DNA of 64,000 nucleotides, from NCBI GenBank assembly GCA_035513155.1, contig DATKCO010000034.1, positions 2,178-66,177 of the forward strand. The letters are read 5' to 3'. How positions within the stretch are numbered: position 1 is the stretch's first letter; every line of letters starts with the position of its first letter. The notes below the pieces were generated by a model. That model had not been told where the DNA came from and made no database searches. It worked only from the letters and a program-made list of their open reading frames with translations. The position numbers and the translations under genes were made by a program. Below, piece by piece: positions 28,475 to 37,117 of the stretch. This DNA is from Gemmatimonadota bacterium. GTDB taxonomy: Bacteria > Gemmatimonadota > Gemmatimonadetes > JACCXV01 > JAHWKZ01.

Positions 28475-31258
28475 CTACAGCGCGAGCGCGTCGATTGGAG
28501 TCATCGAGAGGGCCGCCGCGGTCCGCGGGGTCATCTCGCGTCCCTCCGACAGGGCGCGCTCGAGCTCCGCTTCACCCAGCGCCTCCCGGCAGGCCGCCTC
28601 GGCCGTCGCCACCGATCTCTCCTCGAGGGGGCTCGTCGAGAGACTCGCGCGGCGGTGCATCTCCCGCCCCGCCCCCAGCAGGACCGCGGCCCGCCGGTGA
28701 TGTCCCTCGGCCGAGTCCACCGTCGCGAGCGCCAGGATGGTGATCGCCATGCCGGGCTCGTGGCCCAGCTCCTCCTCCCCGCGGAGCGCCTCCGCGAACA
28801 GCTCCCGCGCCCGTCCCCGGTCGCCGCGCTCCCGCGCCACCACCCCCAGATAGTAGAGGGACCAGACGCCACCGGGACGGGACCCCAGCTGCTCGAACTC
28901 CCGTTGGCTCTCGCGGAACAGCGCCTCGGCCCGATCCAGATCGCCTTCCTCCACCGCGATCGTGCCCAGGTACTGCAGCGAGAACGCGTAGGTGACCGGG
29001 CTCCCTTCCCGGCGCGACACTTCCAGCCCCCGCTCGAAGAAGGAGCGGGCGGTCTCCCGGTCGCCGCGCGCGGCGTACAGGTCGCCGAGATTGAGCAGGG
29101 CGCCACCGTGCCCGAACGTCCCTCCGACCTCCTGGTAGATGCCGAGCGCCTCGCGGAACATCGCCTCCGCCTCGTCCAGCTCCCCGTGGCGACGCTTCAG
29201 GTTGCCCAGGTTCATGAGCGCCCGCGCGACCCCCTTGGAGTGGCCGAGGGTCCGGTAGAGCGCCAGGCTCTCCTGGAAGTTCGCGGCCACCTCCGGGCTG
29301 TTGTCGCCTCCGATCTGGCGGAGCCGCCCGCACAGGTTGAGCGCCCGCGCGCGCGCGGGTACCGACAACGCCTCACCCTGCGCCAGTGCCTGGTCCAACC
29401 AGTCACGGCCGTCCTGGAGGCTCAGGGCGCCAGTGCGGAACCACAGCGCCGGAATCGCCGCCGACAGCCGGACCACCAGGTCCGCCGCGCCCTGATCCAG
29501 TGCCCACCGGATCGCGGCCCGGATGTTCGCCACCTCGAGAGCAAGCCGGTCCAGTCGGCTGGTCGCATCCTGGCGGGCTGGCATCAACTCATCGAAGTGC
29601 TCCGCCATGGTGGCGAAGTGCTCTGCGTGGCGCCGTCGCCACCGATCGGCCTCGCCACTCGCCTCCAGGCACTCGACCCCGAACGCGAGGACGGTGCGCA
29701 GGCGCTCGAAGCGGGGCTCTCCCGTGGAGGTCGGCCGCTGCTGGAGCAGACTCTTGTCGATCAGCGACGACAGCCCGTCGAGGACGGGCAGGGGATCCTC
29801 CGCCGGCGAACAGATCTCCTCGGCGGAGTCGAGCGCGAAGCCGCCGTCGAACACGGCCTGGCGGCGGAACAGCGCCTTCTCCTCCGCGTCGAGCAGCTCG
29901 TAGGACCAGGCGATCGCGTTTCGGAGCGTGCGATGACGGTCCGGCACGTCCCGCGCCTTCGACGTCAGCAGATCGAAGCGCCGCTCGAGCCGCCGCAGGA
30001 TGGCCTCCGGCGCGAACAGCTGGACCCGCGCCGCCGCGAGCTCGATCGCCAGCGGGAGGCCGTCCAGCTGCCGCACGATCGCCACGAGCGTCCGGGCGTT
30101 GCCCTCGTCGAGCTGGAAGTCAGGCCGCTTCGCCTGGGCCCGCTCCACGAACAGGGTCACCGCCTCGTTGGCTTCCAGGACATCGAGATCGTCCCCTTCG
30201 CCGGGGACGTACAGGGGGCCCACCGGAAACTCGTGATCCCCCTGGATGCGGAGAGCCGCCTGGCTGGTGACCAACACGGTCAGGCGCGGCGCGGCGCGGA
30301 GGATCTGGCCGATGCGCGGCGCCGCTTCGACGATCTGCTCGAAGTTGTCCAGAACGAGCAGGAGCTCGCGTTCGGCCAGCCACGTACCCAGAGCAGACTC
30401 CGCGGACTCCCCACTCTCCGGGGTCACGCCGACCGCTTCGAGGATCACGGCCGCCAGCCGGTCCGGCTCCCGGACGGACGTCAGGTTGACAAAGAACACC
30501 CCGTCCCGGAAGGCGTCGATGATATCCGCCGCCACCTGCAGGGCGATCCGCGTCTTCCCCACCCCTCCCGGTCCGATCAGGGTCACGAGACGGGTGCCCC
30601 CGCGAAGCACGAGCTCGCGCACGGCCTTGAGCTCCCGCTCCCGACCGACCAGCGGCGTGGCCTGAGCCGGCAGGTTGTGGGGGCGGACGTCGAGCGTTCG
30701 CAGCGGAGGGAAATCGGCCTCCAGGTCGGAGGCCACGAGCTGGAAGATCCGCTCCGGCTGCGCCAGGTCCTTCAGGCGCCGCTTCCCCAGGTCCCGCAGC
30801 GCGATTCCTTCCGGGAATCGGTCTTCGACGATCCGCTCCACCGCCTGGCTGAGCAGGATCTGACCACCGTGGCCCGCCGACAGGATCCGCGCCGTCCGGT
30901 TGAGCGCCGGCCCGAAATAGTCCTCGTCGCGCTTCTCGGCATCACCGCAATGGAGCGCGACGCGGACACGGATCGGGTCGGGAGTCTCCCAGGTCTCGGC
31001 CCGCAGCGAGCGCTGGATCGCCAGCGCGGCTTCGATCGCGCGGGCGGCGTCGGCGAAGACGGCGTGGAACGCGTCCCCCACCTCCTTGAAGACGACCCCG
31101 CCGGAGGCCGTTATCACGTCCCTCAGGACGCGGTCGTGACGCTCGAGGGCGTGCCGCATGCGGTCGCGATGACGCTCCCACAGGTCGGTACTGCCTTCGA
31201 TGTCCGTGAACAGGAACGTGACCGTTCCCGCCGGGATGCTGGACTGAGGGGAGTTCAC
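28475..31258 (-). CDS. Class III adenylate/guanylate cyclase fused to a NB-ARC/AAA ATPase and TPR repeats (STAND-type)
   Basis: The cyclase domain has GTVTFLFTDIEGSTDLWE and GDAFHAVF...ARILSAGHGGQIL. The P-loop is GPGGVGKT, followed by LLLVLDNFEQ and GLPLAIELAAAR. Many TPR units follow in the C-terminal 350 aa. Confidence 0.9.
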   Translation of the reverse strand: MNSPQSSIPAGTVTFLFTDIEGSTDLWERHRDRMRHALERHDRVLRDVITASGGVVFKEVGDAFHAVFADAARAIEAALAIQRSLRAETWETPDPIRVRVALHCGDAEKRDEDYFGPALNRTARILSAGHGGQILLSQAVERIVEDRFPEGIALRDLGKRRLKDLAQPERIFQLVASDLEADFPPLRTLDVRPHNLPAQATPLVGRERELKAVRELVLRGGTRLVTLIGPGGVGKTRIALQVAADIIDAFRDGVFFVNLTSVREPDRLAAVILEAVGVTPESGESAESALGTWLAERELLLVLDNFEQIVEAAPRIGQILRAAPRLTVLVTSQAALRIQGDHEFPVGPLYVPGEGDDLDVLEANEAVTLFVERAQAKRPDFQLDEGNARTLVAIVRQLDGLPLAIELAAARVQLFAPEAILRRLERRFDLLTSKARDVPDRHRTLRNAIAWSYELLDAEEKALFRRQAVFDGGFALDSAEEICSPAEDPLPVLDGLSSLIDKSLLQQRPTSTGEPRFERLRTVLAFGVECLEASGEADRWRRRHAEHFATMAEHFDELMPARQDATSRLDRLALEVANIRAAIRWALDQGAADLVVRLSAAIPALWFRTGALSLQDGRDWLDQALAQGEALSVPARARALNLCGRLRQIGGDNSPEVAANFQESLALYRTLGHSKGVARALMNLGNLKRRHGELDEAEAMFREALGIYQEVGGTFGHGGALLNLGDLYAARGDRETARSFFERGLEVSRREGSPVTYAFSLQYLGTIAVEEGDLDRAEALFRESQREFEQLGSRPGGVWSLYYLGVVARERGDRGRARELFAEALRGEEELGHEPGMAITILALATVDSAEGHHRRAAVLLGAGREMHRRASLSTSPLEERSVATAEAACREALGEAELERALSEGREMTPRTAAALSMTPIDALAL

Positions 31259-31295
31259 GAGTGCATGGCAGGATCGAGGGACGACAGGATCGGGG

Positions 31296-32069
31296 TCAGC
31301 CGGCGACCTGCGATCCCGGCACGATCACGTTCGAGCCGTCCACCAGACGCAAGAGGGCCTTCCTTCCTCCGTCGTAGTCGTCCGCCCAGGCGAGCACGGG
31401 GACCGTCTCGCCCCGGTACCGGACCTTGTCCACCGGGACCGCCGCTCCGTCGGACAGGGCATGCCGCCAGAAGGGGTTCTCCGCCTTCTCCTCGCCCACG
31501 GTCGAGGGGGGGCCATGGCCGCACCACAGGACGGTCTCGTCCGGCAGGTCGTCGAACACCTCCCGCACGGTCTGGAACAGAGCCGCGGCGCTCGCGCCCT
31601 CGCCGTCCGTCCGGCCGCTGCCGAGCCGGAACAGGAAATCGCCCACGAAGATATGCTCCTCGATCTGGAAGCTGACGCTGTCGGCCGTGTGGCCGGGCGT
31701 GGCCTGGACGAGGATGCAGCGTGCCCCGAAGTCGAGCGCCTCGCCTCCGGAGACCGGCCGATCGACCGGGAACGACCCCCCCGGTGCGCCGGCCACCTCG
31801 CCCCCTGCGAGCTCGACCAGGGCCTCGACGCCGGCGCAGTGGTCGGGATGGCCGTGAGTGACGAGGATCCACCGCAGGTCGCCTCCCCATTCCGCCGCGG
31901 CGGCCGCCAGGTCGTCCACCCGGTCCCCGGGGTCGACGATCGCCAGCGCTCCGGTGTCGTTGTCCTTCACCAGGAAGCCGTTCGTCAGCAGGCTGTTCAG
32001 CACGAAGCGGCGCACGGTCACCTTGTGGCTGACCACGACGTCGTCGCGAGGCGGGGGAGACGCGCTCAT
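31296..32069 (-). CDS. MBL-fold metallo-hydrolase (glyoxalase II-like) with an extra C-terminal segment of about 50 aa
   Basis: It has the LVTHGHPDHCAG motif and TPGHTADS. The ATG forms an ATGA overlap with the kbl stop. Confidence 0.85.
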   Translation of the reverse strand: MSASPPPRDDVVVSHKVTVRRFVLNSLLTNGFLVKDNDTGALAIVDPGDRVDDLAAAAAEWGGDLRWILVTHGHPDHCAGVEALVELAGGEVAGAPGGSFPVDRPVSGGEALDFGARCILVQATPGHTADSVSFQIEEHIFVGDFLFRLGSGRTDGEGASAAALFQTVREVFDDLPDETVLWCGHGPPSTVGEEKAENPFWRHALSDGAAVPVDKVRYRGETVPVLAWADDYDGGRKALLRLVDGSNVIVPGSQVAG

Positions 32070-33265
32070 CGCTCGACGACCCCGTTGGCCGCCCCCACCT
32101 CGGCGATCGCCTCGACCGCGCGGCTCAGCTCGTCACGGGTATGCGCCGCGGAGATCTGGCACCGCAGCCGGGCCTCGCCCTTCGGGACGACCGGGAAGCC
32201 GAACCCCGAGACGTACACGCCCCGCTCGAACAGCTGGTCCGAGAGCCGGATCGCCAGGGCCGTGTCGCCCACGATCACGGGCACGATCGGGTGCACCCCG
32301 TCCGGAACCTCGAAACCGCGCTCTCGCAGCGCCCGGCGGAACCAGCGGGTATTCTCCCGCAGGCGCTCGACCAGGCCGGGATCCTCGTCGAGCAGATCGA
32401 AAGCGGCGAGCGATGCCGCGACGATCATCGGCGGAAGCGCGTTGGAGAACAGATAGGGACGGGATCGCTGACGCAGCGCTCCGACCACCGCCCGCGGGCC
32501 CGCGACGAAGCCCCCTGCCGCTCCGCCCAGCGCTTTGCCCAGCGTGCCCGTCGTGATCGGGACCTCGCCGTGCACGCCCAGCTCCTCGGCCGTCCCCCGT
32601 CCGCGCTCGCCCAGCACGCCGGTCGCATGGGAGTCGTCCACCACGAGGAGGGCCCCGTGCTGCCGGCACAGCTCGAGCAGAGCGGGAATATCGGCGAGGG
32701 CGCCTTCCATCGAGAACACGCCGTCCGTCACGACCACGCGGTGGCGCGACTCGTCCTGCTCCAGCATGTCGGCCAGCGCGGAGATGTCCGCGTGGGCGTA
32801 GCGGTAGCGGGTGGCCTTGCAGAGGCGGATCCCGTCGATGATCGAGGCGTGATTGAGCTCGTCGGAGAACACCGCGTCCTGCTCGTCGAGGATCGTGGCG
32901 AACAGCGCTTCGTTCGCGTTCCAGCACGACGTGTAGAGGATCGCGTCGTCGGATTCGAAGAAGTCCGCGATCCGCCGCTCGAGCTCGAGGTGCAGTGAAG
33001 CGGTGCCGCAGATGAACCGGACGGACGCCATCCCGAAGCCCCACTCCGCCACCGCCGTGGTCGCCGCCGCGCGGATCCGCGGATGGTTCGCCAGCCCCAG
33101 GTAGTTGTTCGAGGTCAGCATGACGACCTCGCGGCCCTCGACCTCGACCTCCGCGTCCTGGGGGCCCTGGAGCTCGCGCTCGACCTTGAACGTGCCCGCC
33201 TCGCGCAGCGCGGTGAGCTCCGCCTCCAGGTGCTCCAGCAGTCCGGCGGTGTTATTCCGCGACAT
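32066..33265 (-). CDS. kbl: Glycine C-acetyltransferase (2-amino-3-ketobutyrate CoA ligase)
   Basis: It has SNNYLGLANHP, DELNHASIIDG, VVVTDGVFSMEG, VDDSHATG and the PLP lysine region TLGKALGG. Confidence 0.95.
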   Translation of the reverse strand: MSRNNTAGLLEHLEAELTALREAGTFKVERELQGPQDAEVEVEGREVVMLTSNNYLGLANHPRIRAAATTAVAEWGFGMASVRFICGTASLHLELERRIADFFESDDAILYTSCWNANEALFATILDEQDAVFSDELNHASIIDGIRLCKATRYRYAHADISALADMLEQDESRHRVVVTDGVFSMEGALADIPALLELCRQHGALLVVDDSHATGVLGERGRGTAEELGVHGEVPITTGTLGKALGGAAGGFVAGPRAVVGALRQRSRPYLFSNALPPMIVAASLAAFDLLDEDPGLVERLRENTRWFRRALRERGFEVPDGVHPIVPVIVGDTALAIRLSDQLFERGVYVSGFGFPVVPKGEARLRCQISAAHTRDELSRAVEAIAEVGAANGVVER

Positions 33266-34361
33266 TTCCGTTCTTCCCGTGTGGATAGAAGACGACCTTC
33301 ATCGCCTCGTGGGCGTCGAAGGCCTCCATGCCCTCGACGAACGCCTCCAGACCTTCGTATTCGTGCGACACCAGGGGCCGTACGTCGAGTCCACCGGCCA
33401 GCAGCTCCAGCATGCGGTCCCAGGTGGAGAAGATCCGCCGGCCGATGATCGCGTGCAGGGAGAGGCCCTTGAAGATCAGGTCCCGTGCGAAGTGGTGAAT
33501 CGTCACCGCCTCGCGCGACGGCAACCCGAGCAGCGAGACCGTCCCGCCCATGCGCGCGATCCGGAGGGCCTGGTTGATCGCGGACTCGGCTCCCGACATC
33601 TCCAGCACCAGGTCCACGCCGCCGGCGGTCTCGTCGAGGATTCGCTCCTCCACCTCGGCGGCTTCCTCCGTTCCCGACCGCAGGACCACCACGTTGTCCG
33701 CTGCCTTCAGCTCGCGCCACTTGCGGGCCCGGGCGATCGCCTTCTCGTTGACGTCGATCAGGTAGACGCGTCTCGCGCGCTCGTGGTGCGCGATTGCCGC
33801 GGCCATCGCGCCGATCGGTCCATAGCCCGTGATCGCCACCACGGCCCCCGTGAGATCGTGATCCTGGACGGTGTGCACGGCGTTCCCGAGCGCGTCCAGG
33901 AAGGCCCCCACCTCGAGCGGCACGACCGCGGGATCGAGGGGAACGACGTTCCGCGCCGGGACGATGACGTAGCCGGCGAAGGCCCCGTCGCTGTGGAATC
34001 CGATGATGCGCGTGTCGCGACAGACGTGCCCCTGACCGCTGCGGCACTGCCGGCAGACACCGCACGTCACGTGCATCTCGGCCGATGCGAACGCCCCTTC
34101 CCGGAGGTCGTCCCGTCCCGGCGCCCGGCCGACCGCGTCGATCTCCCCGCAGAACTCGTGTCCGTAGATCCGCGGCGGCACGATCATGTCGCGCACGGTC
34201 GGGTCCCAGTGGTAGATGTGGCGGTCGGACCCGCAGATCGCCGTCGCGCGCACCTTCAGGCGCACCTCCCCCTCGCCGGGCGCGGGCACGGCGACCTCAC
34301 GGATCTCGGTTCCGTCCCGCCCCTCCCGGTCGTCGACCTTGACGACCGCCCGCATGGTCAC
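33252..34361 (-). CDS. tdh: L-threonine 3-dehydrogenase (zinc ADH family)
   Basis: It has AICGSDRHIY and GHEFCGEI, plus the structural-zinc cysteines CGVCRQCRSGQGHVC and GYGPIG. It lies directly upstream of kbl. The start is GTG 34361 (GTGA with the trxB stop) or ATG 34355. Confidence 0.9.
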   Translation of the reverse strand: MTMRAVVKVDDREGRDGTEIREVAVPAPGEGEVRLKVRATAICGSDRHIYHWDPTVRDMIVPPRIYGHEFCGEIDAVGRAPGRDDLREGAFASAEMHVTCGVCRQCRSGQGHVCRDTRIIGFHSDGAFAGYVIVPARNVVPLDPAVVPLEVGAFLDALGNAVHTVQDHDLTGAVVAITGYGPIGAMAAAIAHHERARRVYLIDVNEKAIARARKWRELKAADNVVVLRSGTEEAAEVEERILDETAGGVDLVLEMSGAESAINQALRIARMGGTVSLLGLPSREAVTIHHFARDLIFKGLSLHAIIGRRIFSTWDRMLELLAGGLDVRPLVSHEYEGLEAFVEGMEAFDAHEAMKVVFYPHGKNGNVAE

Positions 34362-35344
34362 GCCCCCCTCGCCGCGACATCGCCCACCACCGGATCGAGG
34401 GCGTCACCCACCCGATCCAGGTACCGCTCGGCGTCGATCGCCGCGCGACACCCAGCGCCCGCCGCGGTGACCGCCTGCCGGTAGACGTGGTCGTGCACGT
34501 CTCCGCCGATGAACACCCCCTCGATATCCGTGAGCGACCGCCCCGGGTCCTTCGGGATCAGGTATCCCAGGGCGTCCATCGGGAGCTGATTCTCGAAGAT
34601 CTCCGTGTTCGGGACGTGGCCGATCGCCAGGAACACCCCGTCGACCTTCATCTCCCACCGGGCGTCGGTCTCGTGGTTCCAGAGCCGCACGGACTCGACC
34701 TGACGCTCGCCCAGGACCTCGGTGAGATGCGTGTTCCACAGGAACTCGATCCGGGGGTGGGTTCGCGCGCGGTCCTGCATGATCTTGCTGGCGCGCAGCT
34801 CGTCGCGCCGATGGACGACGATCACGCGACGCGCGAAGCGTGCCAGGAAGAGCGCCTCCTCCATCGCGCTGTCCCCACCCCCGATCACGAGAACCACCTG
34901 GTCGCGGAAGAACGCCCCATCGCACGTGGCGCAGGTCGAGACCCCATGACCCAGGAGCCGCTTCTCTCCCGGGACCCCGAGCATCCGGGCGGTCGCGCCC
35001 GAGCAGATGATCAGCGCGCGGGCGCGATGCGGCTCGCCCTCGATCTCGATCGCGAACGGTCGCGCGGACAGATCGACCGCCGTGGCATCACCGGCCACGA
35101 AGCGCGCCCCGAAGCGCTCCGCCTGGCGCCGCATGTTGTCGATGAGCTGGGGGCCCATGATCCCTTCGGGGAAGCCCGGGTAGTTCTCGACTTCGGTGGT
35201 GAGCGAGAGTTGCCCGCCCGCTTCCACCCCCGACACGACCAGGGGCGCGAGGTTCGCCCGAGCCGCGTAGATCGCCGCCGTAAGGCCGGCGCAACCAGAT
35301 CCCAGGATGATGACGCTCTCGACGGGCGGGGGGACTTCCGTCAC
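34358..35344 (-). CDS. trxB: Thioredoxin reductase
   Basis: This is the C-terminal 328 aa of ORF 34358..35875. It has IILGSGCAGLTAAIYAARA, the redox CATCDG and GGGDSAMEEA. The GTG start forms a GTGA overlap with the upstream stop. Confidence 0.95.
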   Translation of the reverse strand: MTEVPPPVESVIILGSGCAGLTAAIYAARANLAPLVVSGVEAGGQLSLTTEVENYPGFPEGIMGPQLIDNMRRQAERFGARFVAGDATAVDLSARPFAIEIEGEPHRARALIICSGATARMLGVPGEKRLLGHGVSTCATCDGAFFRDQVVLVIGGGDSAMEEALFLARFARRVIVVHRRDELRASKIMQDRARTHPRIEFLWNTHLTEVLGERQVESVRLWNHETDARWEMKVDGVFLAIGHVPNTEIFENQLPMDALGYLIPKDPGRSLTDIEGVFIGGDVHDHVYRQAVTAAGAGCRAAIDAERYLDRVGDALDPVVGDVAARGA

Positions 35345-36000
35345 TGCGTGGATCCCACCTCCGCGGGCAGCGAGGTGTCGGCCCGTCCTTTGATCTGGAG
35401 CTTCGCCAGCCCGATCTCGGCGTCGCGGAACGCGGTGCGGATCCCGACGAAGTGCGCCGCCAGCACCTGCACGGGCAGGACACCCGGGATCTCCACCACC
35501 GCCGTGGTGCGGCCATCCGACGCCGCGCGGGTCGAGACCCGGGCGTCCGGCACCACGGAGCGGACCAGGTCGGCCACCTGCTTGTCCCGCGGCCGGTACG
35601 ATTTGCGGGGATCCGTGCTGAACTCGAGGTCGAAGGGAAGCACGTAGGCGATCGCCGTCTCCGACCAGGCCCCGAGCGGCGCCGGGTCGGAGCTCGACCG
35701 CGCCTTCTCCACCTTCCCTTCCAGGACGACCAGGGACTCGGTCGTTTCGATCTCCTGCTCCACCGTCCGCTCGGCGGTCAGGTCGTGCTCGATCGTCACC
35801 CCTTCGCGCGTGTCGGTCACGCGGGTCTTGAGGTGATAGCTTCCACTGCCGTTGCCCCGATCCTGCCCCGTCCATTCGGAGACCACCTCGACTGTGGTGG
35901 CGGCGAATCCGGGCGCGGTCTGGGCGAACGCGAGCGCGGGCGTCACGAGGACCAGGACGGCCCCCAGGACCGCGTGGCGGGCGAGCTTGAGCCGAAACAC
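35341..36000 (-). CDS. Secreted hypothetical protein
   Basis: GTG 36000 is preceded by a ggaggg RBS. The signal peptide is VFRLKLARHAVLGAVLVLVTPALAFA/Q. The rest of ORF 35341..36171 would run into tRNA-Gln. Confidence 0.6.
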   Translation of the reverse strand: MFRLKLARHAVLGAVLVLVTPALAFAQTAPGFAATTVEVVSEWTGQDRGNGSGSYHLKTRVTDTREGVTIEHDLTAERTVEQEIETTESLVVLEGKVEKARSSSDPAPLGAWSETAIAYVLPFDLEFSTDPRKSYRPRDKQVADLVRSVVPDARVSTRAASDGRTTAVVEIPGVLPVQVLAAHFVGIRTAFRDAEIGLAKLQIKGRADTSLPAEVGSTQ

Positions 36001-36110
36001 GGGCGTTTCCCTCCAGCTAGGGTTAAACGCGACCCGGAGTGGGCGCGTTTTTCGGGTATGGTGGTGGACGACGAACAACGGGGAGCGGACCTCCGCTCCC
36101 CGCCGTCGAC

Positions 36111-36186
36111 TGGTTGGCCCGCCTGGACTCGAACCAGGAGTCTCTTGATCCAGAGTCAAGCGTGTTGCCAATTACACCACGGGCCA
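36111..36186 (-). tRNA. tRNA-Gln (anticodon CTG), CCA encoded
   Basis: Cloverleaf folded by hand: acceptor TGGCCCG/CGGGCCA, anticodon stem CTTGA/TCAAG with loop CTCTGGA, T-arm CCTGG-TTCGAGT-CCAGG, then discriminator A and CCA. Confidence 0.9.
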
Positions 36187-36236
36187 ACCAGGGTCACGAA
36201 AGTAGGCCCGCTCGGCGCGAGCGGCAACACCTCGCG

Positions 36237-36746
36237 GTGCCCGTCACGCCCACGACAGGAGGACCCCTGACAGGGAGCGGTGTCCGCGTTTTGACCGCGT
36301 GCATGGGAGGCCTGGCCCTGGCCGCCTGCGACAACAGCAACACCCTGGTCCTGGACCCGAATCCCGCCATCCGCGTCGTCCTCGACGCCACGGCCTGTTC
36401 CAGCGTCCAGGCGTGCGGCACGTGCCTGCTCAAGGCCGCAGCTTACGACAAGAACAGCAAGCCGGCCCCGTTCCCCACCCTGATCTGGTCCTCGGGGAAC
36501 ACCTCACGCGCGACCGTGGAGCAGACCGGCCGCGTGAACGGATGGCGGGCAGGAGACGTGACGATCCGGGTCGAGGTGCTGGAGACGGGGGCGTTCGACC
36601 AGGTCACGTTCCCGGTGGTCGTGAACCCGAACATCTCCTGCACACCGCCGACCACCCTCATGCCCGCGACGACCCGTGACCCTCGCGGAGACGGGATGTA
36701 TCTTGTGACCCGAACCGTACAATCCACGGAAGGAAGCTCACGATGA
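36237..36746 (+). CDS. Lipoprotein with a bacterial Ig-like (Big_2-type) domain
   Basis: This is the internal part of ORF 36039..36746, whose 5' part is antisense to the tRNA. It has the lipobox LALAAC. TLIWSSGNTSRATVEQTGRVNGWRAGDVTIRVEV is Big_2-like. The start is uncertain (GTG 36237, TTG 36291 or ATG 36303). Confidence 0.6.
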   Translation: MPVTPTTGGPLTGSGVRVLTACMGGLALAACDNSNTLVLDPNPAIRVVLDATACSSVQACGTCLLKAAAYDKNSKPAPFPTLIWSSGNTSRATVEQTGRVNGWRAGDVTIRVEVLETGAFDQVTFPVVVNPNISCTPPTTLMPATTRDPRGDGMYLVTRTVQSTEGSSR

Positions 36747-37105
36747 GTCTGCTACGAACCGTTCCCGCGATCTTCGCGGCGGGCATGACCCTCGCGGCCT
36801 GCTCGGACGACGGCCCGACCACGATCGAGATCCCGCTGGCGCAGGTGGAGATCACGGCCGGATGCTCGGCGATCGGCGAAGGGGAGAGCTGCCCGATGCA
36901 GGCGCGCGGGATCACCGCCGACGGGGAGATCCTGACGAATGCCATTCTGCGCTGGTCCTCCAGCGCCACCGAGATCGTGCAGGTGAACGCTGAGGGTCGA
37001 GTCTTCGGGATTTCTCCGGGGAAGGCGACGATCATAGTCGAAGCCGCGCTCGGCGAGGGGTCCGACAGCGCGGAGGTCTTCGTGTTCCCCCGCACCAAGT
37101 TCTGA
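36743..37105 (+). CDS. Lipoprotein with a bacterial Ig-like (Big_2-type) domain
   Basis: It has the lipobox MTLAAC. LRWSSSATEIVQVNAEGRVFGISPGKATIIVEA is Big_2-like. The ATG forms an ATGA overlap with the upstream gene. Confidence 0.7.
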   Translation: MSLLRTVPAIFAAGMTLAACSDDGPTTIEIPLAQVEITAGCSAIGEGESCPMQARGITADGEILTNAILRWSSSATEIVQVNAEGRVFGISPGKATIIVEAALGEGSDSAEVFVFPRTKF

Positions 37106-37117
37106 CCTGGCGGCGGC

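Noticed and set aside
26684-31675. A 1663-aa ORF on the plus strand, the longest in the track
   Set aside because: It runs antisense to two well-supported genes (the ABC-F gene and the cyclase-STAND gene). It is R/P/G/A/D-rich with no motifs. This is the typical stop-codon-poor antisense frame of a high-GC genome.
36001-36236. ORF extensions on both strands crossing 36111-36186 (for example ...LARLDSNQESLDPESSVLPITPRANQ)
   Set aside because: This is the translation of tRNA-Gln and its flanks. The real CDS starts lie outside the tRNA.
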